A program made the position numbers and the translations under genes. This document shows, piece after piece, positions 38,558 to 48,643 of a stretch of DNA of 64,000 nucleotides. The DNA is taken from assembly GCA_000002435.2 (NCBI GenBank), contig CM018793.1; one strand, written 5' to 3'. This DNA comes from Giardia intestinalis. Its lineage: Eukaryota. Every line of letters starts with the position of its first letter. Position 1 is the first letter of the stretch. The notes under the pieces are model-generated. The model saw nothing but the letters and a program-made list of their open reading frames with translations, had not been told where the DNA came from and did not search any database.

Positions 38558-41500
38558 TTCGCTTTGTTAAGCACATCATCTATGCCTTGCTTGAGGTTGG
38601 CCAATGTACTATCGACTTGGTTACAATACCCCCTGACATTGCTATACATCGTGTTGGATGCAGGTGACGTATGGTCACATAACATCTCGAGTACGCTCGG
38701 GTCTACTACAGCACTGCTCCATGCAAGGTTCTGCTGGTCTGTCGTTGAGTGTCGTATTGCCCGCGCAGGCGTCTGGTCTTGGTGATACGGTGAATCGACG
38801 TCCACTATTGGATCTTCAAGGGCAGAGTAGTCCTCAGACTTCATCTGCCTATTAGATTGAAATGTGTGTTTGGTACCTTGCAAGTCGATCATGCTTGTCT
38901 CACCGAGTCGAGCCGCTGATGACAGCAGCCCATTGAATGGTCGCGTTGATGATTTGTCTGTTCCGCTTGTGACAGTAGAAAAAGAGGGATCATCTACCTC
39001 GTTGAACTCCCCTAACTTGCGCCGCACAGACTGTAGCAAGTCTCTGGCAGTGCCTTTTAAGTTAAGGTCATTTGATCCGCTATCTTCAAGCGTTTCTATA
39101 TCCTTGTTGCCAAGGGTATAGCTCTGATCCCTATCTTGGATAATCACTTGCACAGGCAACTGGTTCTTCTGGGTCTGAAGCATGCTCCCTGCGCTCTTCT
39201 CATAATTGGTCATGGTGGCTGCGTACGTATTACTATTTTCATACCCCATGTTATCTACTCCTGTCACCTTCGTTATCTGAGAGTCGGATTTCTCTGGCCG
39301 ATGCATCCCAATCTGTCTAGGTGTCTGGCTATTTGTACGAGGATTTTGAGGCGGTACTGATCCTGTTCTCGAGGCACTACGAGACGGAATAGGCAAGGAA
39401 GTAGAGTGCGAAGGCAGTTGAGTTCCAAGTGGTTGTGAGGTTGAGGCATGCAAGGACACCGATGGTTGTGGTAAGAAGGTAGATGTCGTTGTCTCTAGAT
39501 AGTTTCGTGAAAACTCAGGCTGTGAATGGGAATGAGCCTGCTTACCCTGGTGAGCATCTGGTGCAAGTATGGGTTCCTGCACAGAGCTTATCGTCAAGTC
39601 TTTTTCATTGGCTGCCAGTGGAAACCCTGGCTCTGGCTGGTAGGAGGCTCGATGGGGTACAGGATGAACACTGAGATGCAGCGGCTCTATCGCTGTAGAT
39701 GAAACGGAAATACTCTCGAGAGCACTGCGGCGCGCTAAGATAGACCTATATGTGTCTTGCGGTTCTGTGCTCTCTGGAAGCATGAAACTGACGCTAGGCT
39801 TTTGGGTATTATCAGAATTTGTATAGGGGGACGTGCTTCCGCCTTCGGAACCGCGAGCTGCAGAAACAGATGGTATTGTGATACGCAAGTTGCTTTGTGG
39901 GGCTACCAATGGGATTTGGTAAGGAAGTTGTTGGGCCAATGAACTGATAGAGTTATGAGATACTCCTGTTGCATCACCCATCGATGAATCACCTAAAGCC
40001 CTGCCTCTACTAGCAGTCGTGCTAATAGAGGGAGCAGTTGTCTGCTGAGACACCGGGGTTTTTGAAGAGGCGGAGACAAAGCGAACGCTATCAACGGGAT
40101 GTAGTGTTTGTGGAGGCTGGGGATAATGTAGTAGATCTTCCTCACACTCGCTAAGGTAGGCGCTCTTGATCACTGGGCGTGCTTCGGGGTGAGTATACTC
40201 AAGCTGGGGGTCAACTCCAAGCTTTTCTGCAATGAGATCAGAGCCATTGCTTGACGGTATTGAATCCCGGAGAGCGTATGTAGACGGATCAGCAGATGCT
40301 ACTTGACGATCCAAGGTATCGATAAGGTCCAGAAGAGTGTCTCTGGGAGCCCGCTCCAATTCAAGCAACTCTCTCCGTGGAGCAAGGCGGTCTGTGTTGA
40401 GGAGCATGTCAACCTTATTAACAAGCTCCTGCGTCTCTTCTGTGTCGCTGGTTGTGCTACGCATACTCACATGCTGAACTCCCACAGAGGTTTTAAGTGA
40501 TTGTGCTCTTGAAGCAGCAACGGACCTATCTACAGAGCATACTGTGCGCTTGGGTTGACTGACCTTGGATCCTGTTGCAGGTCTTTTAGGTTGCTGTAGT
40601 TGCTGACGCTGGAGCTGGCGCTGACGTAGCTGATACGGTACTCCGGTGCTTTTAACTTGCGTTTTGGGCGTTCTGGAAGTGGCTCGTGGTGTTTGTGTTT
40701 CCACAGTTATGTGCTCAATACAGCGTGTTGGAAGGGCCTTTGGGGCACTCCTAGACAATGGAGTCTGTACAGAAATTGATACTGGTCTTGAGGACACCTT
40801 TTGTTGATTAGTCAAAGGCTTAACTTGTTCATTGCTTGCAGTTTGCCTGCATTTAGGAGATTCTCCTGGGCGTGGATCATACACTCCGCGATCTTCACAA
40901 ACTTGGCACAATGTAGACTCCGGTTGGGGTGGTAGGTCAAACTCGGTGCTCCTGGCGCGTGCTGGCCCGATAGAACTGGTCCCAGGTTCCTGCTTCAACG
41001 GAAGGTCTGCAGCCCGTGACCCCCGTTCTTTCCTGGAGCAGCTTCTGACCGCCGTGATACCTTTCAAAAGGGCATGCTGAACCGCGTTTCCAATAAGCTG
41101 CTTGTTCCTCTTATCGGATTCTGAGCGTTTTCGAGCCTGTTCGCTCAGATTTACCACAAATCCATTTGCATCATTGATGGCCCCTCTATAGGTAACCGAG
41201 TCTTGCTTTTGAACCGCAGGATGGACCGACCGTCTTTCACGCAGATCGCCTTCTATGGCACTAGTAGCTTCGCGTACATGCACATCTGTGGTTGCTACTT
41301 CCTGGGCCATTTCTCGTGCAATGTGTTCAGCTATCTGCTGGGACTTCGAAGAGCTGACTGGAATAAATTCAATGTCCTCTGTTTGCACTGCTCTACCGGA
41401 TTGATCGAGGCGCTGAGATCTGGGCTTAAATGCAGAGATGGTAAACGTTGAACCTAATTCATGATCGGCATTATCGTTGACAGCAGGCGAAGGTGGCTCG

Positions 41501-42780
41501 CAAGTCGTCGTACCCTGTCTGTAAGATTTAGCCGAACAAACAGAGCGCGCTAACCCATCCTGAACTGCAGCTGCTTGCGTGGTGTTCCCAGTATCTCCAA
41601 GATTGCGTGCAACTGTTTGAGTACTTTGCACTTTGTTAGGAAACACGGTGCTTGTGAGTCCAGACGATCTAAGGTTAGTTACTCCTGACCTACTCACATC
41701 AATCGCCCGCTGTGCTTTAGTTGGCATGCCATGTTGAGATAGATCAGAGTCTATGCTTCTGCTGATTGTGGTGTCAGAGTATCTAGTGTCAAGAGGGTCA
41801 TCTGCCATGTCACGAAAGTGGGCGCGCTTCATAATATTGACGAATTCCTTTTGCTCCTGCTCTATTAGCTTCAAATCCTGATTGTAATCTAGTATAGTCA
41901 TTCTTGGCAAAGCGATGGAACTCATGTGTTGCATTCCAGATGTAGGTATGAGCGTAAATCGAGATCGCAGAAAAGATGCCATATCCTCCTCAGTGGCAGA
42001 GTCTGGACAAGATAGAGCTCCATCTGTGTCATGGTAGGCAGGTGGATAGAGCCCCTGCTGCCGCTGCTGCCGCTTAAGCATGTTGATGATCTCTTTTGTG
42101 CGCTTTAGGAATTCAGTAATAGAAAAACCGTGATACGGTGCAGATAGTGATTCAGCTAAATAGCGTGGGGGGACTACCACGGGAAAAGCAGCTAAAGCAG
42201 CGTACAGAAAGATACGATGTCCGTCGCAAAACCAATGATCACAAAACCTCAACCATTCATCGCCAGATAATTGGTCTGTAAACAGGCCAATGAAGAGCCT
42301 CCAGGCCCAGTCTGCCGGTCTCTCTGTGCCAACTCCGTTACTGTTAGTGTACTTGGCGCTTATGGCATCGACAAAGACAACCTCTCTATTTGGAGGAACG
42401 TCGCGAAACTGCAGCCAAGATTGATAAGTAGAAAGAAGGATTACGCACGTTTCAAAAGCAGCAACTGTATCTCGCTCCCAGAACTTCACGAAAGGAAACA
42501 CAAACTGCGCAAGCCATGACACCGATGCCAGGTCTGGTGACCAGTAGTAGAGTGCTGTACATGTTTTCTGGAGCCTAACAAGGAGCCTGCGGTCACTGAT
42601 AGGGAAAAGCCTGGAGAGACTGTGTGCATCTTTGTGTATGCCTCTAGTCACCAGGCTGTCATAATAGTCTACGTCGTTGGGCAGCGCAAGCATGAACCGC
42701 CACGCTGTCTTTCGAAGGTCATCAGGGATGGACCCATAGTTCTCAAGAAGTGCTCTGAGGTGGCGAAGGGTCAGGGTCAT
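38536..42780 (-). CDS. Hypothetical protein of about 1415 aa. A divergent TBC/RabGAP-like N-terminal region precedes a long S/T/P/Q-rich low-complexity region.
   Basis: The N-terminus reads IPDDLRKTAWRFMLALPNDVDYY...HKDAHSLSRLFP...TALYYWSPDLASVSWLAQFVFPF...QSWLQ. It resembles a TBC domain, but the catalytic Arg and Gln fingers are not evident. The first ATG is at 42780 (MTLTLRHL...). Its 3' end overlaps the convergent ankyrin gene by 22 nt. Confidence 0.55.
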   Translation of the reverse strand: MTLTLRHLRALLENYGSIPDDLRKTAWRFMLALPNDVDYYDSLVTRGIHKDAHSLSRLFPISDRRLLVRLQKTCTALYYWSPDLASVSWLAQFVFPFVKFWERDTVAAFETCVILLSTYQSWLQFRDVPPNREVVFVDAISAKYTNSNGVGTERPADWAWRLFIGLFTDQLSGDEWLRFCDHWFCDGHRIFLYAALAAFPVVVPPRYLAESLSAPYHGFSITEFLKRTKEIINMLKRQQRQQGLYPPAYHDTDGALSCPDSATEEDMASFLRSRFTLIPTSGMQHMSSIALPRMTILDYNQDLKLIEQEQKEFVNIMKRAHFRDMADDPLDTRYSDTTISRSIDSDLSQHGMPTKAQRAIDVSRSGVTNLRSSGLTSTVFPNKVQSTQTVARNLGDTGNTTQAAAVQDGLARSVCSAKSYRQGTTTCEPPSPAVNDNADHELGSTFTISAFKPRSQRLDQSGRAVQTEDIEFIPVSSSKSQQIAEHIAREMAQEVATTDVHVREATSAIEGDLRERRSVHPAVQKQDSVTYRGAINDANGFVVNLSEQARKRSESDKRNKQLIGNAVQHALLKGITAVRSCSRKERGSRAADLPLKQEPGTSSIGPARARSTEFDLPPQPESTLCQVCEDRGVYDPRPGESPKCRQTASNEQVKPLTNQQKVSSRPVSISVQTPLSRSAPKALPTRCIEHITVETQTPRATSRTPKTQVKSTGVPYQLRQRQLQRQQLQQPKRPATGSKVSQPKRTVCSVDRSVAASRAQSLKTSVGVQHVSMRSTTSDTEETQELVNKVDMLLNTDRLAPRRELLELERAPRDTLLDLIDTLDRQVASADPSTYALRDSIPSSNGSDLIAEKLGVDPQLEYTHPEARPVIKSAYLSECEEDLLHYPQPPQTLHPVDSVRFVSASSKTPVSQQTTAPSISTTASRGRALGDSSMGDATGVSHNSISSLAQQLPYQIPLVAPQSNLRITIPSVSAARGSEGGSTSPYTNSDNTQKPSVSFMLPESTEPQDTYRSILARRSALESISVSSTAIEPLHLSVHPVPHRASYQPEPGFPLAANEKDLTISSVQEPILAPDAHQGKQAHSHSQPEFSRNYLETTTSTFLPQPSVSLHASTSQPLGTQLPSHSTSLPIPSRSASRTGSVPPQNPRTNSQTPRQIGMHRPEKSDSQITKVTGVDNMGYENSNTYAATMTNYEKSAGSMLQTQKNQLPVQVIIQDRDQSYTLGNKDIETLEDSGSNDLNLKGTARDLLQSVRRKLGEFNEVDDPSFSTVTSGTDKSSTRPFNGLLSSAARLGETSMIDLQGTKHTFQSNRQMKSEDYSALEDPIVDVDSPYHQDQTPARAIRHSTTDQQNLAWSSAVVDPSVLEMLCDHTSPASNTMYSNVRGYCNQVDSTLANLKQGIDDVLNKANHSDVVG

Positions 42781-43116
42781 AGTGCCCAATTTTCTAAAAT
42801 CTGCGATGGATATCTATAAGGTGCCCAGGGAGATGTAGAACTAACTAGCTGTCTGTTTACAGAGGGAGCTTGCAGCTAAACCAATAGAGAGAGCTGTTTT
42901 CTGTTTATGGAATTTCTAAACTATATGCCGATCCTCTTTGGCCCCCTAGCAAACCTTTCTTAACTGGATACCTGGGTCGGCTCACAGTGTAAGAATTAGT
43001 CACAAGATCAGATCCACCAAGAATGCGATTTAACAACGCTTTGCTGCGGCACGGTTGATGGTGTGATAGATCTGGAAACATTGTGTGCTGAGATGGTTCA
43101 GCGGGGATAATCCTAT

Positions 43117-43650
43117 TTACTGATTGACATTATTCACGCAAAAATTGCTGTCTGCGCTTTTCGTGGACAAAATCAGTGCTATGATAAGACCATAGAGGGC
43201 AAGAGCTTCTGAGAATATCAATACAATAAGCATCACAACAAATAGACTGGGTTGTTTGGCGACAGCTTTCACAGCAGCGCTTCCAGAAACACCGATAGCA
43301 AGCCCTGCCGCCAGCGCAGCAAGGCCACAGCAAAGCCCCGCTCCAAAATGTGCGTATGAAACGTAAAGGGGCATGCCGTTTGTGTACGAACGAACCCGCG
43401 AGTTAATCAACAAGGAAGTAATCAGCCCGTAGATACTCAGAATACCTGCCATGATGACTGGAAGAGTAAGCTTTGTGACGGGGGCCGGATTGATCAGACC
43501 AGCGACACCAAGCCCCGAGCCGGCCTTTGCTGTGCCATATGCCGCGCCTATAGACGAAAAAACGACGGCCACAACCTGTCCAAGCATCGACCAGAAGGAC
43601 GCCCCTGCAGGACACTTCTCAACAGCGACGGGGCTGTCTATAGATGACAT
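43117..43650 (-). CDS. VMA3: V-type H+-ATPase 16-kDa proteolipid subunit c (V0 c).
   Basis: Four TM helices with the conserved stretches FSSIGAAYGTAKAGSG, PVIMAGILSIYGLITSLLI, GLCCGLAALAAGLAIGVSG and LFVVMLIVLIFSEALALYGLIIALILS, which includes the essential glutamate. Confidence 0.9.
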   Translation of the reverse strand: MSSIDSPVAVEKCPAGASFWSMLGQVVAVVFSSIGAAYGTAKAGSGLGVAGLINPAPVTKLTLPVIMAGILSIYGLITSLLINSRVRSYTNGMPLYVSYAHFGAGLCCGLAALAAGLAIGVSGSAAVKAVAKQPSLFVVMLIVLIFSEALALYGLIIALILSTKSADSNFCVNNVNQ

Positions 43651-43746
43651 GGGAAAAGTAATTATATCCCTTACGCTAAATCCGCTGCAATATTTCTTGC
43701 AATGTAATCACTCATTTCAGACTTCTATTTCCAACGAGTCTAGGGA

Positions 43747-45024
43747 ATGCCCCTCAATCTCTACTATGCAGGTCTTTACGAGCAGTGCCTTTCGTCTATC
43801 GCAGTAGAGAAGAAGCGTGGGACCACGCACCAGCTGCTCCACACAGAGGGTCTGGCTCTGCGTGCACTCAACAGAATATCCGAGGCGATAAGCTCCTTTC
43901 TTGCATCCCAGAAGCTAGACCCCTTCGACCAGTCTACCACTCTAGAGTTGGCTAAGTGCTTCTATCTCCAAGGAAACTACCCCTCTGTTATCGCACAGTG
44001 TGATAGCATAATTTCAACAGAAGGTCGGGCGCCCTGGCTTGCACATCAACTGCGAGGATTGGCATCCTTCCGCATGGGTGACAGACATGCAGCAGAAAAA
44101 CATCTTTTTCTGGCATATGACCTTCATCCAACACTGCAAGCGAAGCAACTTATAGGAGAGCTACAGGCAGCAGCCGGCAAATCGCAAGAGGCTATAGCTA
44201 CAATGAACGATATTATAGCATTATCACCAGAGTCCATCAACGTGCTCATTGAGCTGGGACTCTTGTACGTTAAGTTGAACTCTCTAGATGATGCATTCGA
44301 ATGCTTCTCTAGAGCAGTGATAGCTGTACAAAAGCAGCTGGCATGTAGAAGCAGCATGACTCTCTCTACTCCGCAAGACTCGTTTATTTTCAGTCCGGCA
44401 TTTTTCTCTCTTGGGTACACAATTCAAGCTAAGGACCCACGGACTGCTTTGTTGAAATACAGAGTGGCAGCAAGCCTTAAAGGGGACAGCAAGGATCCGC
44501 ACATATGGGCTAATCTTACCTATGTGTTTGTCTCGTTAAGCAACTTAGAGGCCGCTCTCGTCTGTGCTACTCGTGCGTTTCAGTTGAACTCCACGTCTGA
44601 ACCTTGTAGGCGTGCCCTGGGCCACGTGTACATCTGCCTAGGTGACTACTGTAGGGCGTTCCAGATCCTTTCCCCAGCCATGGGAGACACCCGGGCATAT
44701 GAGTCCCAATGGCTACTTGGTATTGCAGCCGCGAAGCTGGGTGAACTTCGAATAGCTATGGTGTGCCTTTCAAAAGCTGCTGACGGAGGGCTTTATGCTG
44801 CATGCTTGACGGGACTCTTGATTTTTCTACAGGCCAACGACCTGACTACCGCGGCACAATTCTCCGTCAAACTCAAGGAACTGGATCCCGATAATGATGA
44901 GAATCTACGGCAAGGGAAGGCTGCTATTAAACGCTTACGCAAGCTTGTTCAAGAAGAGAATTCGACCGTGGAGGGACAGGCTGTTTCCGAAAAGAACGAG
45001 CAACTAACCACTACCGATGGCTAG
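43747..45024 (+). CDS. TPR-repeat protein.
   Basis: Repeated 34-aa helical units with the W/LG/Y/A/F/A/P pattern ([76 protein letters not shown] and others). Specific family not assigned. Confidence 0.55.
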
Positions 45025-45637
45025 CTGCTGCACTCAGCATGAGTCCCCATGCCTCTTGCCACATGATCTCCCGGCCCTTGATCGAAAAGGCGGGACCCGT
45101 GCAGGGCTTTGAAAGACGGCCAGAAGAGGTGGAAAGGGTTGGCTGTGTTCTCTGCGTAGTGAGGGCAAACCGAGATGCTTGAGGTGGTGATTGAGAGCGT
45201 ATGTGGGGAATGCTAAGGGATCCAGAGCGGTATAGAGGAGAAGCAGCTCTGCTGTGTGCCTGCCGGCAAGGCGTGACGTTATATACTACTTGGGTTACCG
45301 GGCTGCGACGCATGTTAAGTGAATACGTAATCTCCTTTGCAGGAGGCGACGTGCTGCGATATGTTTCTGACCAAGGAGAAGGGAGTAAAGAGCCTTTAGT
45401 AGTCCTTTTGAGAGAAAGATCTTTATGCCCAGGTGATTTCCTCTCAGTGTGCGTCAGGTTAACAGGGCTTTGGCTCCTATTCAAAAGATTGACAGTCGTG
45501 GACCTCGAAGACAGCAAGGGATTGGTTGAGGGTCTCAGCTCGTTCTCTATGCGAGCCCCTCGAGGATCGAAGTCTCGCCTAATACTGTAAGCAGCCGGAC
45601 CAGGACTGGTCACTCCTGTTCTGAACCAACTCGCCAT
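45011..45637 (-). CDS. S/T/P-rich hypothetical protein with one PGPAAY (STPGR-like) motif.
   Basis: Track ORF 45011..45703 with a TTG start. The first ATG is at 45637 ([23 protein letters not shown]...). It directly follows ORF 45700..46647 in another frame, with a 4-nt overlap. Confidence 0.4.
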
Positions 45638-45699
45638 TTTTCTAATATCAGATAAGATTTGGTAGCATCCGAGGAACTGCAAATTCACTCTTGCAAGCG

Positions 45700-46647
45700 T
45701 CAAAAATCGCTGATTCTAGAGCCCTGCTTGGATATCTTACTCAGGTTAGCACGCAGATTGTTTGTGATCGGCGTAGAAGTTAAGTATGATGACGTCGGAA
45801 GCAAAGACCCCGTGGACACACCCGTGACGGAGTCCACGCGGTTATCATACAGCAGGGTATCGGTTCCTCGCTTGAACGTGCTTATGTGGAGGTTCACAGG
45901 GTCCTTAGCCAGGACATAGTCAACCTCACGCCTATGCTCACGAATATCTTTGTTTATATTGTTTGCGTGAAACATGAATGTGTGTGCTGTGGTTGATGTA
46001 GGCTGGCGCTTGAACCACTCATCGTTATGTTGTGGCTCTTCCACACGCGTTTTCTGCTTCTTGGAGCCGATAGTTTTCATCATACTTTCTTTCTTTACGC
46101 TCAGAGAGTCAACAGGGGCCACCAATCTATCCCTGTACCTCTCTATGTAATTGGGGTCGCTCAGGGCTGGTGTGCGTCTGGTAGCTGCGCGCTTGGTCGG
46201 CGTGGTGAGGTGGTGATCCTTTTGAGTGGTGCCGTCCCCCTCTTTTCGCAGAATTTGTACATTCAACGTCTCGGGGTCGCGGGTTGTTTTGGGGGAATGA
46301 TCGACCTTAAAGAATTGCTCTACCTTAAACGAAGGCTCCAGGTCTGCCATCTGGGCCGCAGCACTGTGCTGCAAGCTGGGGTCCATAAGAGGATTCTCCA
46401 CAACATAGTGCGAGGGAGGCCCTGTAAGGCCTGATACGCTTTGAAATTTGATCGGAAGACCCTGAGATCTCGACCGCGTATATGTCCGTGGCTCAACCTC
46501 CTCTATTCCCAACTGGCGTGCAAAATCATCAGGCCGGGCCCGCGTGCGACCCCCCTGTGTGGACGTCATAGACATCGAAGCGCTAACACTCATAAAGGGC
46601 TGGTCTGGTATCCCAGAACTAAGGAGGTTTGCAGAGGTCTTGAACAT
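45700..46647 (-). CDS. S/T/P-rich hypothetical protein.
   Basis: A 315-aa ORF with a real ATG (MFKTSANLLSSGIPDQPF...). Its composition resembles the neighbouring ORFs in the 45-48.6 kb cluster. Confidence 0.45.
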   Translation of the reverse strand: MFKTSANLLSSGIPDQPFMSVSASMSMTSTQGGRTRARPDDFARQLGIEEVEPRTYTRSRSQGLPIKFQSVSGLTGPPSHYVVENPLMDPSLQHSAAAQMADLEPSFKVEQFFKVDHSPKTTRDPETLNVQILRKEGDGTTQKDHHLTTPTKRAATRRTPALSDPNYIERYRDRLVAPVDSLSVKKESMMKTIGSKKQKTRVEEPQHNDEWFKRQPTSTTAHTFMFHANNINKDIREHRREVDYVLAKDPVNLHISTFKRGTDTLLYDNRVDSVTGVSTGSLLPTSSYLTSTPITNNLRANLSKISKQGSRISDF

Positions 46648-46788
46648 GCTTGCGTGGAATTTTTGGTGGGGGTAAAATTTATTTAGTTTTTCAGAAGCTC
46701 CGCACGCAAATCAGAGAAGCGAAGCTGTGGCTAGGCGAAGTAAGGGACGAGTTTGTTTACAAGTCTGTTGACAGCCCATAGGAGGCGC

Positions 46789-47778
46789 TCAAGAGAGGGT
46801 GCTCACTGTTAGAGGGCGGCTAGTAGAAGTGGCGTTCTGAGTGACGTTGCCGATGGTGCGTATCGTTGCGCTTCTGTCGAAAGTCCCCAGCTCAATTCGT
46901 GCATTACCATGCTCATACTCTGAACTGTACCGCAGAGGCCCATTAAGCGTCCCATTATTTTTAGGAGCGGTTATCACCCTGGTTGTGTCGACCTTCGGCT
47001 TCCCTATGAGGGCGTCCGGGAACAGGTCAGGATTGTAGCTGGACTGCGCAAGGGCCCGGTTCTTAATAACGCTACAAGAGCTATAGACACCCATGGGATT
47101 GTAGTCACTGATATCCCCCTGGTTGAATTGCAGGAGCTCCGGGAACGGCTTACCACTCAGACCAGAGTGGCTATTATCCACGTAGCTTCTCGTAGGACGG
47201 TACTCCCCAGACAGAGAGACAGGTGAGCGGCGATAGCCGGGCTCTGTGGTTGTGACGGCACCAGAGTAAGAGGGGGCGACATCTCTCGGCACATCCGCGC
47301 CGTAAAAGTCCTTTCTTGTGTACTTGGGTACCTCTATGTCAGGGTGTACCGTCAGCTGCGCATTGATCTCTTGCATTTGACTGTCCAAGGCCTGAAATAA
47401 GTTGGTCCTGGTACTCCTTTCGGGCAGCACGCGCATCGAGGCAGTGAGGCCCAGCTCTTCTGCCAACGAATCGCGGAGGATGGACTCGTGAAGGCTTGGC
47501 TTGGACATCCCCGGGCTCCTCCGTTCGCAATAGCTGGTGGACCTGCCTCCGGATGGGGTCAGGAGTGAAGCAGCACCGTTTGGCCGAGCACGGACACGGT
47601 TCTTTAGCGGGGTGAGTGAGCGGATTGCCGAGCCGTGGCGTCCATCGGTAATGAGAGAGTACCCAGGCATCCTTTTTTGAATTCTATTTTTGCGGCTGGC
47701 GCGCGGAAGCACCGGGCTACACGCAAATGGTCCAATGGCACCAACGAATACCAGCCCTGGTTTACTCTGCGGTCCCAT
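46789..47778 (-). CDS. S/T/P/Y-rich hypothetical protein.
   Basis: Track ORF 46789..47805 with a TTG start. The first ATG is at 47778 (MGPQSKPGLVF...). It overlaps the upstream ORF 47798..48550 by 8 nt, in a different frame. Confidence 0.4.
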   Translation of the reverse strand: MGPQSKPGLVFVGAIGPFACSPVLPRASRKNRIQKRMPGYSLITDGRHGSAIRSLTPLKNRVRARPNGAASLLTPSGGRSTSYCERRSPGMSKPSLHESILRDSLAEELGLTASMRVLPERSTRTNLFQALDSQMQEINAQLTVHPDIEVPKYTRKDFYGADVPRDVAPSYSGAVTTTEPGYRRSPVSLSGEYRPTRSYVDNSHSGLSGKPFPELLQFNQGDISDYNPMGVYSSCSVIKNRALAQSSYNPDLFPDALIGKPKVDTTRVITAPKNNGTLNGPLRYSSEYEHGNARIELGTFDRSATIRTIGNVTQNATSTSRPLTVSTLS

Positions 47779-47797
47779 ACCGGTGCAGGCTGGTCCT

Positions 47798-48550
47798 CTA
47801 CGCAAAAATCTGGCCGGCTGTGCTCTTGAAAAACGTTGTAGTATTGTAATTATGTAAATTCAGTCCAGTGTATGTTTGGTCCGAGAACCTGCGTCCAGCC
47901 AGCGTGTTGACACGCCCTGTACTGTAGGACTCCATGGTTGTAGGGTAGCACTTGATGCTAGAGTAGTTGCGGAGGGCAGACTCCGAAAGGCAGCCGTCGC
48001 GGAACGAGCCTGCCGTAGAGCCAAGAGTGTACTGAGAAGACAGCAGGCGGTTCACGCTGTCCACAGACGATCGCCTGTAGCTCTTCGTCTGGGCTCCCCC
48101 AATACCACTGACGGAAGACTCTGCCCTGCACTCATTGTACGGTGCGCCGCCAAACTTCCCATAGCCGCTGCTCCTGCGGGTAAGAGCGATGGACGCCTTA
48201 TCGCGTGGGAAGGCGTCATAGAACGACGATGCCTTGTACTCGTTAATCGGCGGAGCGTCCAGCTGGCTATACTTAATTGGGTCAGGATACATCGTCGTTA
48301 CCAGAGAGGCCTTGGAAAGTTCTGGGGCCTTGACACGTGTGTAATCCCCGTACTCATGGATGTGGCCGGTCGCAGCGTAGCAGGGATTTGAGGGAACTAT
48401 GTGAACTGCGTTGATGTGGCTGTGGTATGCATCCACGGGTCCTGTCGACTTCCCGGCCCGCGGGTAGAGGTCTACGGTGTGCATAGTCTTCTTTAGGGTG
48501 GTGGACGGGATGTTGCGGGCTACTGGGTCATGGGCGGTTGAGGATAACAT
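47798..48550 (-). CDS. S/T/Y-rich hypothetical protein.
   Basis: A 250-aa ORF (MLSSTAHDPVARNIP...). It carries degenerate Y-x-x-G motifs. Confidence 0.45.
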   Translation of the reverse strand: MLSSTAHDPVARNIPSTTLKKTMHTVDLYPRAGKSTGPVDAYHSHINAVHIVPSNPCYAATGHIHEYGDYTRVKAPELSKASLVTTMYPDPIKYSQLDAPPINEYKASSFYDAFPRDKASIALTRRSSGYGKFGGAPYNECRAESSVSGIGGAQTKSYRRSSVDSVNRLLSSQYTLGSTAGSFRDGCLSESALRNYSSIKCYPTTMESYSTGRVNTLAGRRFSDQTYTGLNLHNYNTTTFFKSTAGQIFA

Positions 48551-48643
48551 GATATTTTTTCGGGCATCTTTTTTAACGAGGCGGAAAAGCTAAAGGAAAG
48601 CCAGAGGAAAGTTTCCGCCAAGAAACATCAGGCTACGCATGTA

